The notes: generated by a model not told the origin, from the sequence alone. A stretch of 32,000 nucleotides of DNA from Vibrio vulnificus CMCP6 (GCF_000039765.1 NC_004460.2:1110001-1142000); one strand, 5' to 3'. Counted from the stretch's first letter, positions 1 through 10,194 are shown. Translations and numbers: made by a program.

Positions 1-1
1 T

Positions 2-328
2 TGGGGCACTCGCGCCTCAGGAGAACTGGTTTTGTTTGATTGGGAACGTTTTGGCTTGGGCAGCCCTGCGATTGATCTGGCGCCGTTAGTACGTGGCCTT
101 GGTAAACTCACTGACTACCATGCTATCGCAAGTCTGTATCGCCAACACAACCCTCGCCTATCCAACGACACCCTTGTTCGGCAACTGATCTTGGTAAAAG
201 GATGGCTCATCGTTGAAGTGACCAATTTGCTCGTTAGCCGAGAAAAACAAGAGGCCAAGATGTACATCGATTGGTACCGTAAACAGATACCAAACTGGCT
301 CAAAGAAGTCGAATCAGGATTGTCGTAA
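2..328 (+). CDS. C-terminal part of a phosphotransferase/choline-kinase-like (APH fold) protein, truncated by window start
   Basis: Open frame extends upstream of the listed ORF (WGTRASGELVLFDWERFGLGSPAIDLAPLV...), matching the 'D-W-E-x...G-x-P-x-x-D-L-A' pattern of APH-family kinases; stop at 328. Confidence 0.7.
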   Translation, partial: WGTRASGELVLFDWERFGLGSPAIDLAPLVRGLGKLTDYHAIASLYRQHNPRLSNDTLVRQLILVKGWLIVEVTNLLVSREKQEAKMYIDWYRKQIPNWLKEVESGLS

Positions 329-383
329 CACAACGAAAAACGCTCACCGAAGTGAGCGTTTTTGATATTCGAGTGTGTTTGGC

Positions 384-1583
384 TTAGCCAATCATGCGTT
401 CGCTGCTTGCAACAAATTCATTCAGCGCAATAGTTTGAGCGCGTTTAAAGAAGTTAAAATCGGTCGCGGTTGCACTGGTGTAGGCACCCATGGTGCGGCC
501 AATTACCAAATCGCCATTGTTCAATTTTGGCAGCAGAATGTTTTCTGCAATCACATCCACGCTGTCGCACGTTGGGCCAGAAAGTACGCTTGGGATCAGC
601 TCGCCACCTTGTTTGATGGTGGTGAGCGGATAACGCGCATCGTCAAACATCAAACCACTGAACGAGCCATAAATACCGTCATCCAAGTAGTACCAAATTT
701 GCCCTTCACGCTCGGCTTGCCCCATCACTGAAGCCACACTGGTCACCGCAGGTGCACAGATAAAGCGACCCGGTTCAGCCAAAACGTGGACCGTTTCTGG
801 CAACAAGCTTAGCGCTTCATTAATTGGCGCGCAGAATTGATCAATCGGCATCACTTGTTGGGTGTAGTTCACAGGGAAGCCACCACCAATATCAAGCGTG
901 CTCAACGCTGGCAAACCGCGTTCAACCACTTGTTCCATCACATGTCGGCAAGTGTGGATCGCTTCAACATACTTGTTTGGGTTAGTAGTTTGTGAGCCCA
1001 CATGGAACGACAAACCTTTGATGCGAATATTCCACTCTTTTGCCGTTTCGATGATCACTAATGCCTGCTCTGGTGAACAACCAAACTTCTTCGACAAGTC
1101 AGCAAACGCTTCTGAATTGCGGAAGCTCAAGCGCACCAATAACTCGACGTCATCGCGATACGCTTTGAATTTTTCCAGTTCATTCAAGTTATCCACTACA
1201 AATACGTTGCAACCGTAAGCCAGTGCATCACGAATATCGGCATCACGCTTGATTGGGTGAGTGTGGATAGTGAGATCCGCCGGTACGCCTTCAGAAGCGA
1301 CCAACTCCACTTCCCCTGTTGTTGCAAGGTCGAAACTCGCCCCTTCTGCTAACAAAGTACGCACCACCACTGGGTGTGGCAGCGGTTTTAATGCGTAGTG
1401 CAGCGTCACGTTTGGCAACGCGTTTTTCAAAGCGCGGTACTGCTGACGAATCACATCGCAGTCCAATAGCAAGAGTGGCGCACCAAATTGCTCAACCGAC
1501 GCTTCGATCAAGTGGATTTCTTCTGCGCTTAGCACTGGTGAAGTTAGTGAATGAATATCAAAAATAGATTGTGAATGTGCCAT
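384..1583 (-). CDS. Fold-III PLP-dependent ornithine/lysine-type decarboxylase
   Basis: HYALKPLPHP (PLP lysine region), HVGSQ, GGGFP, AEPGR and GPTCDSVD motifs. Start placed at MAHSQ (cat at 1581-1583), preceded on the minus strand by a GGAGG-like RBS (cttTGGAGGtttgct). Confidence 0.88.
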   Translation of the reverse strand: MAHSQSIFDIHSLTSPVLSAEEIHLIEASVEQFGAPLLLLDCDVIRQQYRALKNALPNVTLHYALKPLPHPVVVRTLLAEGASFDLATTGEVELVASEGVPADLTIHTHPIKRDADIRDALAYGCNVFVVDNLNELEKFKAYRDDVELLVRLSFRNSEAFADLSKKFGCSPEQALVIIETAKEWNIRIKGLSFHVGSQTTNPNKYVEAIHTCRHVMEQVVERGLPALSTLDIGGGFPVNYTQQVMPIDQFCAPINEALSLLPETVHVLAEPGRFICAPAVTSVASVMGQAEREGQIWYYLDDGIYGSFSGLMFDDARYPLTTIKQGGELIPSVLSGPTCDSVDVIAENILLPKLNNGDLVIGRTMGAYTSATATDFNFFKRAQTIALNEFVASSERMIG

Positions 1584-2021
1584 AGCAAACCTCCAAAGTA
1601 ATGGGGCACTTTTCATACATAAGAGATGAATGGGTATGAAAAGTGGAGCGTCAATAAAAGCGCTGGTGCGCCGTCAAAGTCACTCTTGGATAGTTGCTCT
1701 ATCGCCTTGCCACATAAAACAGCTGTGATGTACTCGGATTGGCTATCATCAAGAAGCGATGCGATAGTAAGGTCATAATTTACTCAGCGCAATAAAAAAT
1801 GTCCCAAGAAAGGTAACAATTTTTTGTTGTCAGGATTACATCTCGCAATGGATAAATATTTATATAATTTGCTTATATATTTAGGTTGGCGTGTTTAAAG
1901 GAATGAAGTAGCCCACCAACTTTAGAAATAGGGTTTGTGCTCACCGAACATCACTTGAGCCAAACGGACGAATGGGTAAAAATCAACGTTTCAGCAGCGC
2001 ACAAGATGGGCACCTAACGAG

Positions 2022-2927
2022 ATGACGATGGATCTAAACTTACTGAAAACCTTTGATGTGGTGATGAAAACGCGCAGCGTAAACGAAGCGGCAGAAACGC
2101 TGGGCATTACCGCCCCAGCGGTCAGCCACGCCCTGAATCGCTTGCGCGAGCAGTACCAAGATCCGCTCTTTATTCGCCAAGGTCGGGGCATTACGCCAAC
2201 GAATTTTGCCATTGAGCTGCATGCTGAAATCCAAGAGCCACTTAGCCTGCTGCTTAATGGCGCTAAATCCCGTCAGCAGTTTAATCCTGACACCAGCCAT
2301 CGCACTTTTCGTCTCTCCAGTCATAAAGACATCGATTTAATGCTGCTGCCTCCCTTGATGGATCACCTCGCGCAGCACGCTCCAAACGTCAAGCTCTGTG
2401 CCGATGTGGAACATTTAGACGAGCGCGATCGCCAAGCGGATTTGCGTACCCGCAAAGTGGACATGATTCTCGCCACTGTGCCGTTTGATGAACACGGTTA
2501 TCACAACGAATTGTTGTTCGAACTGCCTCTGGTGATGGTGTGCCGCCAAGATCATCCACGCATTCAAAACACCATCACTCATCAACAGTTTTTTGCCGAG
2601 CAGCACTTGTTGTGGGAAACCAAACGGCAAAACCAAGACATCGTTGACTCACTGGCGCTGGAGCCACAACCACAAAGAAACATCGCCTATAAAACCGGTT
2701 CCAGCTGCAACGCCATCATGATGGCAGCACAAACCGATTGGATCTGCGTCACTGGCCAATGGCATGCCGATTTGATGGCCAAAGCGCACCAACTGCAAGT
2801 GATGCCGCTGCCCTTTAAGCTTAATAAGTTGCCTATCTACATGACATGGCACCATAGCCAGCAACAAGATTCCGGACATCAATGGCTTAAGAGTGCTCTG
2901 ATGCAAGCAACTGCGACATTTCGTTAA
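2022..2927 (+). CDS. LysR-family transcriptional regulator
   Basis: N-terminal HTH: LLKTFDVVMKTRSVNEAAETLGITAPAVSHALNRLREQYQDPLFIRQ; 301 aa. Confidence 0.9.
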   Translation: MTMDLNLLKTFDVVMKTRSVNEAAETLGITAPAVSHALNRLREQYQDPLFIRQGRGITPTNFAIELHAEIQEPLSLLLNGAKSRQQFNPDTSHRTFRLSSHKDIDLMLLPPLMDHLAQHAPNVKLCADVEHLDERDRQADLRTRKVDMILATVPFDEHGYHNELLFELPLVMVCRQDHPRIQNTITHQQFFAEQHLLWETKRQNQDIVDSLALEPQPQRNIAYKTGSSCNAIMMAAQTDWICVTGQWHADLMAKAHQLQVMPLPFKLNKLPIYMTWHHSQQQDSGHQWLKSALMQATATFR

Positions 2928-3070
2928 CGATGTTGAAGGCTAACGCCAAAGTGGATTAAATAAAACTAAATTTACTTTTCAGGCTTAGTCTATCGATTGT
3001 TTAATCCACACTCATTAATCTCTCCTTAACGACGGATGCTCAACGCGCCGCTTTCAGAGAGAGATAAACC

Positions 3071-5038
3071 ATGAAACGACAAAAATCGATTGTATCGCTA
3101 GCGATTATCGCCACTCTATTCCCAGCTCTAACGTTCGCTGCCCCAACCAGCAGCGAGCCTAAACAAGCTTCTTCGTTCACCATCGAGAAAAACAACCAAC
3201 TCAAAAGCTACCTCGACTTCGCCAATCAAAGTGATTTTGAAGATGCCTCACGCGGTTACATTGCTACTTGGCCAGAAAAAACCATCAAAGACGCCAAAGG
3301 CAATGTGATTTGGGACTTCAGCAAATACGACTTTGTTGAACAAGAGAAGAACATTCAAACCGTCAACCCTTCACTGCTGCGCCAAGCAAAACTGAACAAC
3401 ATCGATGGCTTGTTCAAAGTGAAAGAGGGCATTTACCAAGTACGCGGTTTTGATCTCTCGGTGATGACCTTTATCCGCGGTGACAAAGGTTGGGTCGTGA
3501 TCGACCCACTCATTTCACCAGAAACCGCCGCGGCAGGGCTGAAATTGCTGCGTGACAAAGTGGAAGATGCGCCGGTAACGGGCGTGATTTTCACCCACTC
3601 ACACGTTGACCACTTTGGTGGCATCCTTGGCATCACCAGCCAAAAAGCGATTGATGCTGGTAAAGTCGATATTCTTGCGCCAGAGGGCTTTTTCTCTCAC
3701 TCGATTGCCGAGAACTTGATGGCAGGCAACACCATGTCGCGTCGCGCTTCTTACATGTATGGCAACCTGCTTGAAGCGAGCAGCCAAGGGCAAGTGGATG
3801 GCGGTTTGGGTAAAACCACCTCATCCGGAGCGCCTGGCATCGTGAAACCAACGCACATTGCCAATATCACCGGGCAGAAAATGGCGGTCGATGGTGTGGA
3901 ACTGGAAGTGATCATGGCGCAGGAATCCGAAGCTCCGTCAGAATTTATGTTCTACTTCCCACAATACAAAACCATGATGGCGGCGGAAGTAATGACGCAC
4001 ACCATCCACAACATCTCGACACTGCGCGGCGCGAAAACACGTGATGCTTCTTCTTGGGCTGAATACATTGACCAAGCGCTGAAAACTTACGGTGACAAAG
4101 CCGATACCATGATCGCCTCTCACCACTGGCCAACCTTTGGCAAAGAGAAGATCCAAACTCAGCTTGAGAAAACGCGCGACATGTACAAGTTTGTCCATGA
4201 CCAAACCCTGCGTCTCGCCAACAAAGGCTATACACCAAATGAGATTTCAGCAGAAATTACCCTGCCAGATTCGCTAGGCAAAGAATGGTACAACCGCGGT
4301 TACTACGGCACGGTATCGCACAATGCTCGCGCGACGTACGACTTCTACTTTGGTGCATGGTGGGATGGCAACCCAGCCAACCTAAACCCGCTGACACCAA
4401 GTGAACAAGGCGCAAAATACGTTGAAGCGATGGGCGGGGAAGAGAAAGTGATAGAACTGGCTGAGCAAGCAGTGAAAAACGGTGAATACCGCTGGGCGGT
4501 GACACTGCTTAACAACGTGACTTTCTCCAACCCAAACAATATGGACGCTCGCTACTTAGAAGCGGATGCAATGGAGCAATTGGGTTATCAGGCGGAATCT
4601 GGCCCTTGGCGTAACTACTATCTTGGCGGTGCGAAAGAGCTGCGCCAAGGCATCAAACCCGTCGCAACGCCAGACACGGCCGCAATTGCTAAGAATATGC
4701 CGTTTGATCAGTTCATGAAGTATCTCGGCGTGACGGTAAAACCTGACGCGGCGAATGGCCTCGATATCAAAGTGAACATCAATGTCAAAGGCGACGGCCA
4801 ATACTCGATGGAGCTGAGCAACTCGGTATTGAAATCGTACTCTGGTAGCCAATTTGATAATGCGGATTTGACCATTAACTTAACCCGCCAAGCGTTTGAG
4901 AAAATGCTGACCAAGCAAGCGACACTGCAAGATCAGGTCAAAGCCGGTGAGTTTAGTGTTTCAAACCAAGCGCAGTTCCAAACGCTGATGTCGGTCTTTG
5001 ATAAATTCGACATGTGGTTCGGTGTGGTAACACCATAA
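3071..5038 (+). CDS. Alkyl/aryl sulfatase, SdsA/BDS1-like, metallo-beta-lactamase superfamily, with signal peptide
   Basis: 655 aa, signal peptide MKRQKSIVSLAIIATLFPALTFA, metal-binding motif THSHVDHFGG, C-terminal domain with SCP2-like features. Confidence 0.9.
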   Translation: MKRQKSIVSLAIIATLFPALTFAAPTSSEPKQASSFTIEKNNQLKSYLDFANQSDFEDASRGYIATWPEKTIKDAKGNVIWDFSKYDFVEQEKNIQTVNPSLLRQAKLNNIDGLFKVKEGIYQVRGFDLSVMTFIRGDKGWVVIDPLISPETAAAGLKLLRDKVEDAPVTGVIFTHSHVDHFGGILGITSQKAIDAGKVDILAPEGFFSHSIAENLMAGNTMSRRASYMYGNLLEASSQGQVDGGLGKTTSSGAPGIVKPTHIANITGQKMAVDGVELEVIMAQESEAPSEFMFYFPQYKTMMAAEVMTHTIHNISTLRGAKTRDASSWAEYIDQALKTYGDKADTMIASHHWPTFGKEKIQTQLEKTRDMYKFVHDQTLRLANKGYTPNEISAEITLPDSLGKEWYNRGYYGTVSHNARATYDFYFGAWWDGNPANLNPLTPSEQGAKYVEAMGGEEKVIELAEQAVKNGEYRWAVTLLNNVTFSNPNNMDARYLEADAMEQLGYQAESGPWRNYYLGGAKELRQGIKPVATPDTAAIAKNMPFDQFMKYLGVTVKPDAANGLDIKVNINVKGDGQYSMELSNSVLKSYSGSQFDNADLTINLTRQAFEKMLTKQATLQDQVKAGEFSVSNQAQFQTLMSVFDKFDMWFGVVTP

Positions 5039-5073
5039 GAGTAACGCCATAAAGGTAGCCTCATTCTAACGAC

Positions 5074-5103
5074 AAAGCCCGCGAGTCACATCGCGGGCTT
5101 TTT
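5074..5103 (+). terminator. Rho-independent terminator after the alkyl sulfatase gene
   Basis: AAAGCCCGCG-AGTCACAT-CGCGGGCTTT followed by TT. Confidence 0.85.
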
Positions 5104-5162
5104 GCGTCGAAATCCACCGTTTGGGATGCAACTCGGCGACACCATCGTTTTCTCTATCATCA

Positions 5163-5699
5163 TCACCAAAATTGCGGATCGCAAAACGCCGCCACACACG
5201 TCACAGGCCCTTTTAAAACGGGCAGTGCTTCACCTGTTAGCGACTGTGCTTGCCAGCCGTGAGGAAATTGCAACGAGTACGGCGCAGCGATGGTTTGGGT
5301 ATCAACAGGGACAAAACCTGTCTTGTGATAAAAGTTCGGATCCCCATACGTGACGGCAACTTCAACGCCTTGTGCTTTGATCTCCTGCAAGCCGAAAGCA
5401 ATTAACGCTTGTCCAATTCCTTGACCATGACAGGAAGTGGCCACAGCAACCGGAGCCATCACAAACACGGGCGTACCACAGGGGTAATGCAAACGAGTAA
5501 ACAAAATCGCGCCCACCACCGCTTCACCCTCCGCTGCGATATAGATAAAAAGATCGTCATTGTGCGTTTGCTCGATCAAATCCGACGCCAGTTGGCCAAT
5601 CAACTGCCCTTCAGCTTCACCTTCCGAATCGGTAAAGGTTTGACAAAAAAGTGTTTTTATCGCTTCAATCGCGCTCTTATCTGCTAAGGTATAGTGCAT
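5163..5699 (-). CDS. GNAT-family N-acetyltransferase (YhbS-like)
   Basis: AVVGAILFTRL...VAPVAVATSCHGQGIGQALIAFGL acetyl-CoA binding signature; GDPNFYHKTGF. Start MHYTL preferred over the 5717 ORF start. Confidence 0.82.
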   Translation of the reverse strand: MHYTLADKSAIEAIKTLFCQTFTDSEGEAEGQLIGQLASDLIEQTHNDDLFIYIAAEGEAVVGAILFTRLHYPCGTPVFVMAPVAVATSCHGQGIGQALIAFGLQEIKAQGVEVAVTYGDPNFYHKTGFVPVDTQTIAAPYSLQFPHGWQAQSLTGEALPVLKGPVTCVAAFCDPQFW

Positions 5700-5840
5700 C
5701 GGGAGATCCTGTATCACAACAAACGTGCCGTCATTATAGCGGATTTCCTATCCCAAATTGGGACGCTGCACACCATACTGACAGTAATTGTCAGTGGGTT
5801 GTGACACCCTCAGCCCTCAATCACCTACTGGAGAAAATCG

Positions 5841-6374
5841 ATGTCCAACATTGTCTACATTGCCACCAGCTTAGATGGCTATATCGCAGGACCAAACAAC
5901 GAAATGGACTGGCTGCATCAAGTGCCCAATCCAGATGGTTCGGACTTTGGCTTTGCCGATTTTATGGCCAGTGTTGATGCGTTGGTGATGGGCAGAAACA
6001 CCTTTGAAATGGTGCTCAGTTTTGGCGTGGAATGGCCTTACAACAAGCCGGTTTTTGTGCTGAGTAATACCTTGAAAAGTGTGCCAGAAGGCTATCAAGA
6101 CAAGGTATTTTTGGTGCAAGGGGCGTTACCAACGATGGTTGCACAGCTACATCAACAGGGCTATCAACGCCTTTATATCGATGGTGGAAAAACCGTGCAG
6201 AGTTTTTTGGCCGAGGATTTGATTGATGAGATGATCATCACCACCATTCCTGTGCTGTTAGGCGCTGGCATTCCACTGTTTGGCCGCTTACCAAAGGCGT
6301 TGAACTTTAAGCATATTCATGCTGAACGCTTAGCGGACCACATGGTGAAAAATCACTATGTCAGAGTGCGTTAA
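5841..6374 (+). CDS. Dihydrofolate-reductase-like family protein (RibD C-terminal domain)
   Basis: MSNIVYIATSLDGYIAG...DALVMGRNTFEMV...LYIDGGKTVQSFL...IPVLLGAGIPLFG. Confidence 0.87.
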   Translation: MSNIVYIATSLDGYIAGPNNEMDWLHQVPNPDGSDFGFADFMASVDALVMGRNTFEMVLSFGVEWPYNKPVFVLSNTLKSVPEGYQDKVFLVQGALPTMVAQLHQQGYQRLYIDGGKTVQSFLAEDLIDEMIITTIPVLLGAGIPLFGRLPKALNFKHIHAERLADHMVKNHYVRVR

Positions 6375-6467
6375 ATAACATACAAAAAAATCAACAAGAA
6401 GAATTGATGAGAAAGGCAATCTACCCTACGATGGGCGCGTTAAAAACACCAATAAGGATATTCGACT

Positions 6468-7076
6468 TTGGAACCACAAGGAGATGACAATAAGGCGCTA
6501 TTTGCTGTACCGGAAAACCAGCGTAGCAGAACGTCAGATGTCATCGTTGAGCTGATTAAACAAGCTCAATCTCCCGGAATTACCTTGAGAAACTTAACCG
6601 ATCGATTGGGTGACCGAACCTTCGGTATGTTACTCATGCTCATCGCATTATTTAATGTCCTTCCGCTCGTTTCGATTATTGGCGGAATCTTGATAGCAAC
6701 ACTCGGGTTGCAGATGATTTTGGGACGGAGAAAAGCGTGGCTACCAAGTGTCATTTTGGATAGAGAACTGCCCAACGAAAAAGTACAAGCGATTCTTCGA
6801 GCGTTCGAGCCCAAGGTACGTAAACTTGAGCAGTATATCTACCCTCGAATTCAGTACATGGAAGCGCCTGTCGTCGATCAAGTGAACGGTTGTATTATTC
6901 TGCTACTCGGTTTACTGATATCGCTGCCTTTCCCATTTACCAATATCGCACCGGCATTTGTGGTGATGATCATGGGGCTTGGTTTGATGGAACGTGACGG
7001 TTTATTGCAAATTGGCTCATTCTTACTGGGGATGCTGTCCATCGGTGGAATTGGCTATTTTTTGATTCTTTCTTAA
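6468..7076 (+). CDS. ExoD-family membrane protein
   Basis: LRNLTDRLGDRTFGMLLMLIALFNVLPLVSIIGG... hydrophobic segments and LGLGLMERDG typical of ExoD-family proteins. Confidence 0.78.
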   Translation: MEPQGDDNKALFAVPENQRSRTSDVIVELIKQAQSPGITLRNLTDRLGDRTFGMLLMLIALFNVLPLVSIIGGILIATLGLQMILGRRKAWLPSVILDRELPNEKVQAILRAFEPKVRKLEQYIYPRIQYMEAPVVDQVNGCIILLLGLLISLPFPFTNIAPAFVVMIMGLGLMERDGLLQIGSFLLGMLSIGGIGYFLILS

Positions 7077-7083
7077 TAAAAAA

Positions 7084-7105
7084 GAGGACTGTGCTCAGTC
7101 CTCTC
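7084..7105 (-). terminator. Terminator for the minus-strand Sel1 gene
   Basis: AGAGGACT-GTGCTC-AGTCCTCT; the adjacent A-run at 7078-7084 reads as a U-tract on the minus strand. Confidence 0.7.
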
Positions 7106-7139
7106 ATGCTGCCGATAAGGTCAAAACCAAGCACAACTC

Positions 7140-8159
7140 TTATAGCGTTTCTTCAATCGCTTCTTGATATTCACCTGCTTTGGCGATCTCTTTCTCGTTC
7201 ATTTTTCCTTTCACTTCTTTGATCGCCTTTTCAGCTTCATCATAACCATTTTCATAAGCGATGTTGTACCAAGCCAGTGCTTTGACGTAATTACGCTCCA
7301 CACCACGCCCTTTAAAGTGGAAAGAACCAATCATAAACTGGCTGTACTCCTCACCCCATTCCGCTGCATATTGGAAATACTCCAGCGCTTTTTTGTAGTC
7401 TGCCGATTTGATTCCACAAGATCGCATGTATCTAGGCTCGGAGTAGATTTTACCCATGATCTGATAGGCCTTTGATTCGTCATCAAGTTCAATGGCGTGC
7501 TCAAACAGAGTAATGGCTTTTTGGCAGTCACGCGCCACGCCTTCACCTTGCAAGTAACTGACACCAAGATTAAAAGTCGCCAATGCATGTCCCTTTTCAG
7601 CGGCGCTCGCGAACCAATGGTTCGCCTGCTTAAAATCTTGCTCAATGCCTAAACCGTCATTGTATGAAAAAGCCAGTTGGAACATCGCATCTTCATCGCC
7701 TTTCTGCGCGGATGCGAGGTAGTATTCGTTGCCTTTTTTCTGATCCTGTTCAACACCTTCACCATCAAAATACATCACACCCAAGTAGTAAAGCGCAATG
7801 GCATCACCTTTCTCGGCCAGTTTTTGATAGAGCGGTAGAGCCTGCTGATATGCTTCCTCATAGTAATAGTGCTCCGCCAAAGTACTCAGTGCTTCTAGGT
7901 TATCGAGATCGGCGGACTGCTTGAGATAAAGCAACCCTTGATCAACGTTTTCTTGCATCATCGATTCGTCGATGAGGATCTCTGACGCTTTGAAAAGCAG
8001 TTGTGCATCTTTAGACGTTTCGGCTTGCTTTAACACTGCTAACGTTTCTTCGTCAAAATCTTCGTAAGTAAGATCATACGCATGAGAAACACTGGAAAGA
8101 AGAAGGGGAAGCGCAGCCAACCACGCGGTACAACGACGTGTCATAGTTAATAAGTCCAT
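7140..8159 (-). CDS. Sel1-like (TPR) repeat protein, probably exported
   Basis: Signal-like N-terminus (WLAALPLLLSSVSHA) and tandem repeats such as DAIALYYLGVMYFDGEGVEQDQKKG, DAMFQLAFSYNDGLGIEQDFKQ, LATFNLGVSYLQGEGVARDCQK. Exact start uncertain (8183, 8159 or 8144). Confidence 0.85.
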   Translation of the reverse strand: MDLLTMTRRCTAWLAALPLLLSSVSHAYDLTYEDFDEETLAVLKQAETSKDAQLLFKASEILIDESMMQENVDQGLLYLKQSADLDNLEALSTLAEHYYYEEAYQQALPLYQKLAEKGDAIALYYLGVMYFDGEGVEQDQKKGNEYYLASAQKGDEDAMFQLAFSYNDGLGIEQDFKQANHWFASAAEKGHALATFNLGVSYLQGEGVARDCQKAITLFEHAIELDDESKAYQIMGKIYSEPRYMRSCGIKSADYKKALEYFQYAAEWGEEYSQFMIGSFHFKGRGVERNYVKALAWYNIAYENGYDEAEKAIKEVKGKMNEKEIAKAGEYQEAIEETL

Positions 8160-8339
8160 TATGATTGTTTTAAGAACTCGCATTGTAGCGGCTTGATGAA
8201 TACCAAACCGAGCACTTATTCCAATGGTTGCTTAGGACGTGACATTCTGCACATTTTATCGTCACCCTGCGTACAAGAGAGCGTGAAAGAAATCGGGGCG
8301 ATGTGCGGTCTGATTGAAAGAATAAACAAAGGAGGCGTT

Positions 8340-8795
8340 ATGCTGACATGGCAAGATATCATCACCTTCACCCACCAAGGAAATCCTCAGCCTGATACCG
8401 TCGTGAGAAAAAGCGATGCGCAGTGGCGTGAGCAACTTGGCGAAGCGCAGTACTACGTGATGAGGCAACATGGTACTGAGCGTCCTTTTTCTAACCAAAT
8501 GTGCGAACTGTTTGAACCGGGTTTGTACCGCTGTGCAGGTTGCCAAAACCTGCTGTTTGATTCGGGCAGTAAGTTCGATTCAAGAACCGGTTGGCCATCG
8601 TTCGCTCAGCCAATGAAAAGCAATGCGATTTCCTACCATCTGGATGAAACCTTGGCCAGACCAAGAATCGAGGTACGCTGCAACCAATGCGAATCGCACC
8701 TTGGGCACGTATTTCCCGATGGGCCGGCACCATCCGGGCTTCGCTATTGTGTGAATGCCGTTTCAATTGAAAAAGTAAACCAGGAGGCATCATGA
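8340..8795 (+). CDS. msrB: Peptide-methionine (R)-S-oxide reductase
   Basis: CAGC and CNQC zinc motifs, GWPSF, GHVFPDGP, catalytic RYCVN. GGAGG RBS directly before the ATG at 8340. Confidence 0.93.
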   Translation: MLTWQDIITFTHQGNPQPDTVVRKSDAQWREQLGEAQYYVMRQHGTERPFSNQMCELFEPGLYRCAGCQNLLFDSGSKFDSRTGWPSFAQPMKSNAISYHLDETLARPRIEVRCNQCESHLGHVFPDGPAPSGLRYCVNAVSIEKVNQEAS

Positions 8796-9319
8796 CCACG
8801 CAACTTGCTACCTTTGGTGGTGGCTGCTTTTGGTGTACCGAGGCGATGTTTTCTCAGCTCAAAGGCGTACTTGATGTGAAAAGTGGCTACAGTGGTGGCC
8901 ATGTTAAACACCCTTGCTACCGTGAAGTGTGCAGTGGGAAAACGGGCCACGCCGAAGTCATTCAAGTGAGTTTCGACCCCGACATAATTCGTTATGAAGC
9001 GCTGTTGTTGGTTCATCTAACCACACACAACCCCACCACGCTAAATCGCCAAGGGGCGGATCGCGGTACGCAATATCGCAGCATCATTTTGGCGCATGAT
9101 GAGGAACAAAAACGCATCGCACAACAAGTGATTGCTGAGGTCGCACCCTATTTTGATGAGCCAATCGTGACAGAGGTGGTGGATTTCGAGCAGTTTTACC
9201 AAGCAGAAACTCACCATCAAAATTACTACAGCGATAACCCTGAAAAGCAATACTGCGCGGTGGTGATTGAACCTAAGTTACGCCGCTTGAGAGAACGCTA
9301 TGCCGATCTCCTCGGCTAG
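8792..9319 (+). CDS. msrA: Peptide-methionine (S)-S-oxide reductase
   Basis: FGGGCFWCTE active site, GYSGGH, Y-x-EVCSG-x-TGHAE; overlaps msrB stop by ATGA. Confidence 0.94.
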   Translation: MTTQLATFGGGCFWCTEAMFSQLKGVLDVKSGYSGGHVKHPCYREVCSGKTGHAEVIQVSFDPDIIRYEALLLVHLTTHNPTTLNRQGADRGTQYRSIILAHDEEQKRIAQQVIAEVAPYFDEPIVTEVVDFEQFYQAETHHQNYYSDNPEKQYCAVVIEPKLRRLRERYADLLG

Positions 9320-9331
9320 TTTTCGTGTTGC

Positions 9332-9366
9332 AAGCCGCCTTTATGCCTAGCGCAAGGCGGCTTTTT
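9332..9366 (+). terminator. Rho-independent terminator after msrA
   Basis: AAGCCGCCTT ... AAGGCGGCTT followed by TTT. Confidence 0.8.
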
Positions 9367-9471
9367 CCTTCGTGCAAACTTGCCCAGCCACGTTCCGCAA
9401 GCAGAGAGCTTGAACAGAGCGCTGGCTCTGTCTACAATGGCGCACTTTTTAGCGATTTCAGGTTAAAGAAC

Positions 9472-9720
9472 ATGAACGATACAACTGCAAAACCAGCACT
9501 TCCAGACCGTCTATCGGGCAACGCACGTAGCCCATTCTTCGTAAAAGAGTGCTTTGATCACCAAATCGGTATCCGTTTTAACGGCAAAGAGCGTAACGAC
9601 GTTGAAGAATACTGTGTTAGCGAAGGTTGGATCAAAATCGCTTCTCCAAAAGCGAAAGACCGCTACGGCAACCCAATGCTGATTCAACTGAAAGGTACGG
9701 TTGAAGCGTACTACGTGTAA
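9472..9720 (+). CDS. DUF3297-like small protein
   Basis: MNDTTAKPALPDRLSGNARSPFFVKECFDHQIGIRFNGKERNDVEEYCVSEGWIKI...; start inferred inside the 9325 ORF. Confidence 0.8.
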   Translation: MNDTTAKPALPDRLSGNARSPFFVKECFDHQIGIRFNGKERNDVEEYCVSEGWIKIASPKAKDRYGNPMLIQLKGTVEAYYV

Positions 9721-9756
9721 TTCGCACGTTTCACGCGAACGCCTCAGTTCCAATGC

Positions 9757-9796
9757 AAAAGCCCAAGTGGAGAGACTTCTCAACTTGGGCTTTTCT
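9757..9796 (+). terminator. Rho-independent terminator
   Basis: AAAAGCCCAAGT ... ACTTGGGCTTTT 12-bp stem. Confidence 0.85.
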
Positions 9797-9906
9797 ATTT
9801 GTGGCTCTAAAACAACGTAGGCTGCTGCCAGCGAATCAAGGTTCACGCCAGCCATTGCCAATGTTAGAATTCACGACTATTTCATTTGGTAATAAAAGGA
9901 ACTGTG

Positions 9907-10164
9907 ATGAACCCGATTCTAGCAATGTTGAAAGAGAACAATATCAGCGACGAGCAAATCAACGAGCTATTTCAAACCCTAACGCAGAACCCACTGGCCG
10001 CTATGGCAACCATCATGCAACTTGGTTTACCTCAAGAGCAACTGCAAATGCTGATGGCGCAAGTGATGCAAAATCCTGCGCTGATTAAAGAAGCCGTGGA
10101 AGAACTTGGGCTTGATTTCTCTAAAGTGGAAGAAGCGAAAGCAAAACTGCAACAGCCTCAATAA
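9907..10164 (+). CDS. DUF2999-like conserved small protein
   Basis: MNPILAMLKENNISDEQINELFQTLTQNPLAAMATIMQLG...; internal start at residue 8 of the 9886 ORF. Confidence 0.7.
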   Translation: MNPILAMLKENNISDEQINELFQTLTQNPLAAMATIMQLGLPQEQLQMLMAQVMQNPALIKEAVEELGLDFSKVEEAKAKLQQPQ

Positions 10165-10194
10165 ACCACCACTGTTCAGGCTGCTGAGTAATAG

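Noticed and set aside
375-731. Plus-strand ORF of 118 aa
   Set aside because: Antisense to the decarboxylase C-terminus; no motif.
898-1567. Plus-strand ORFs 898..1218 and 1319..1567
   Set aside because: They lie wholly antisense to the well-supported decarboxylase and look like coding shadows.
3433-4914. Several minus/plus ORFs of 64-98 aa inside the alkyl sulfatase gene
   Set aside because: Overlap the strong 655-aa CDS; no recognisable domain or RBS support.
5102-5353. Plus-strand 83-aa ORF after the alkyl sulfatase terminator
   Set aside because: Starts inside the terminator and runs antisense to the GNAT gene.
7164-7924. ORFs 7164..7475, 7331..7645 and 7664..7924
   Set aside because: Antisense or out-of-frame shadows of the Sel1 repeat gene.
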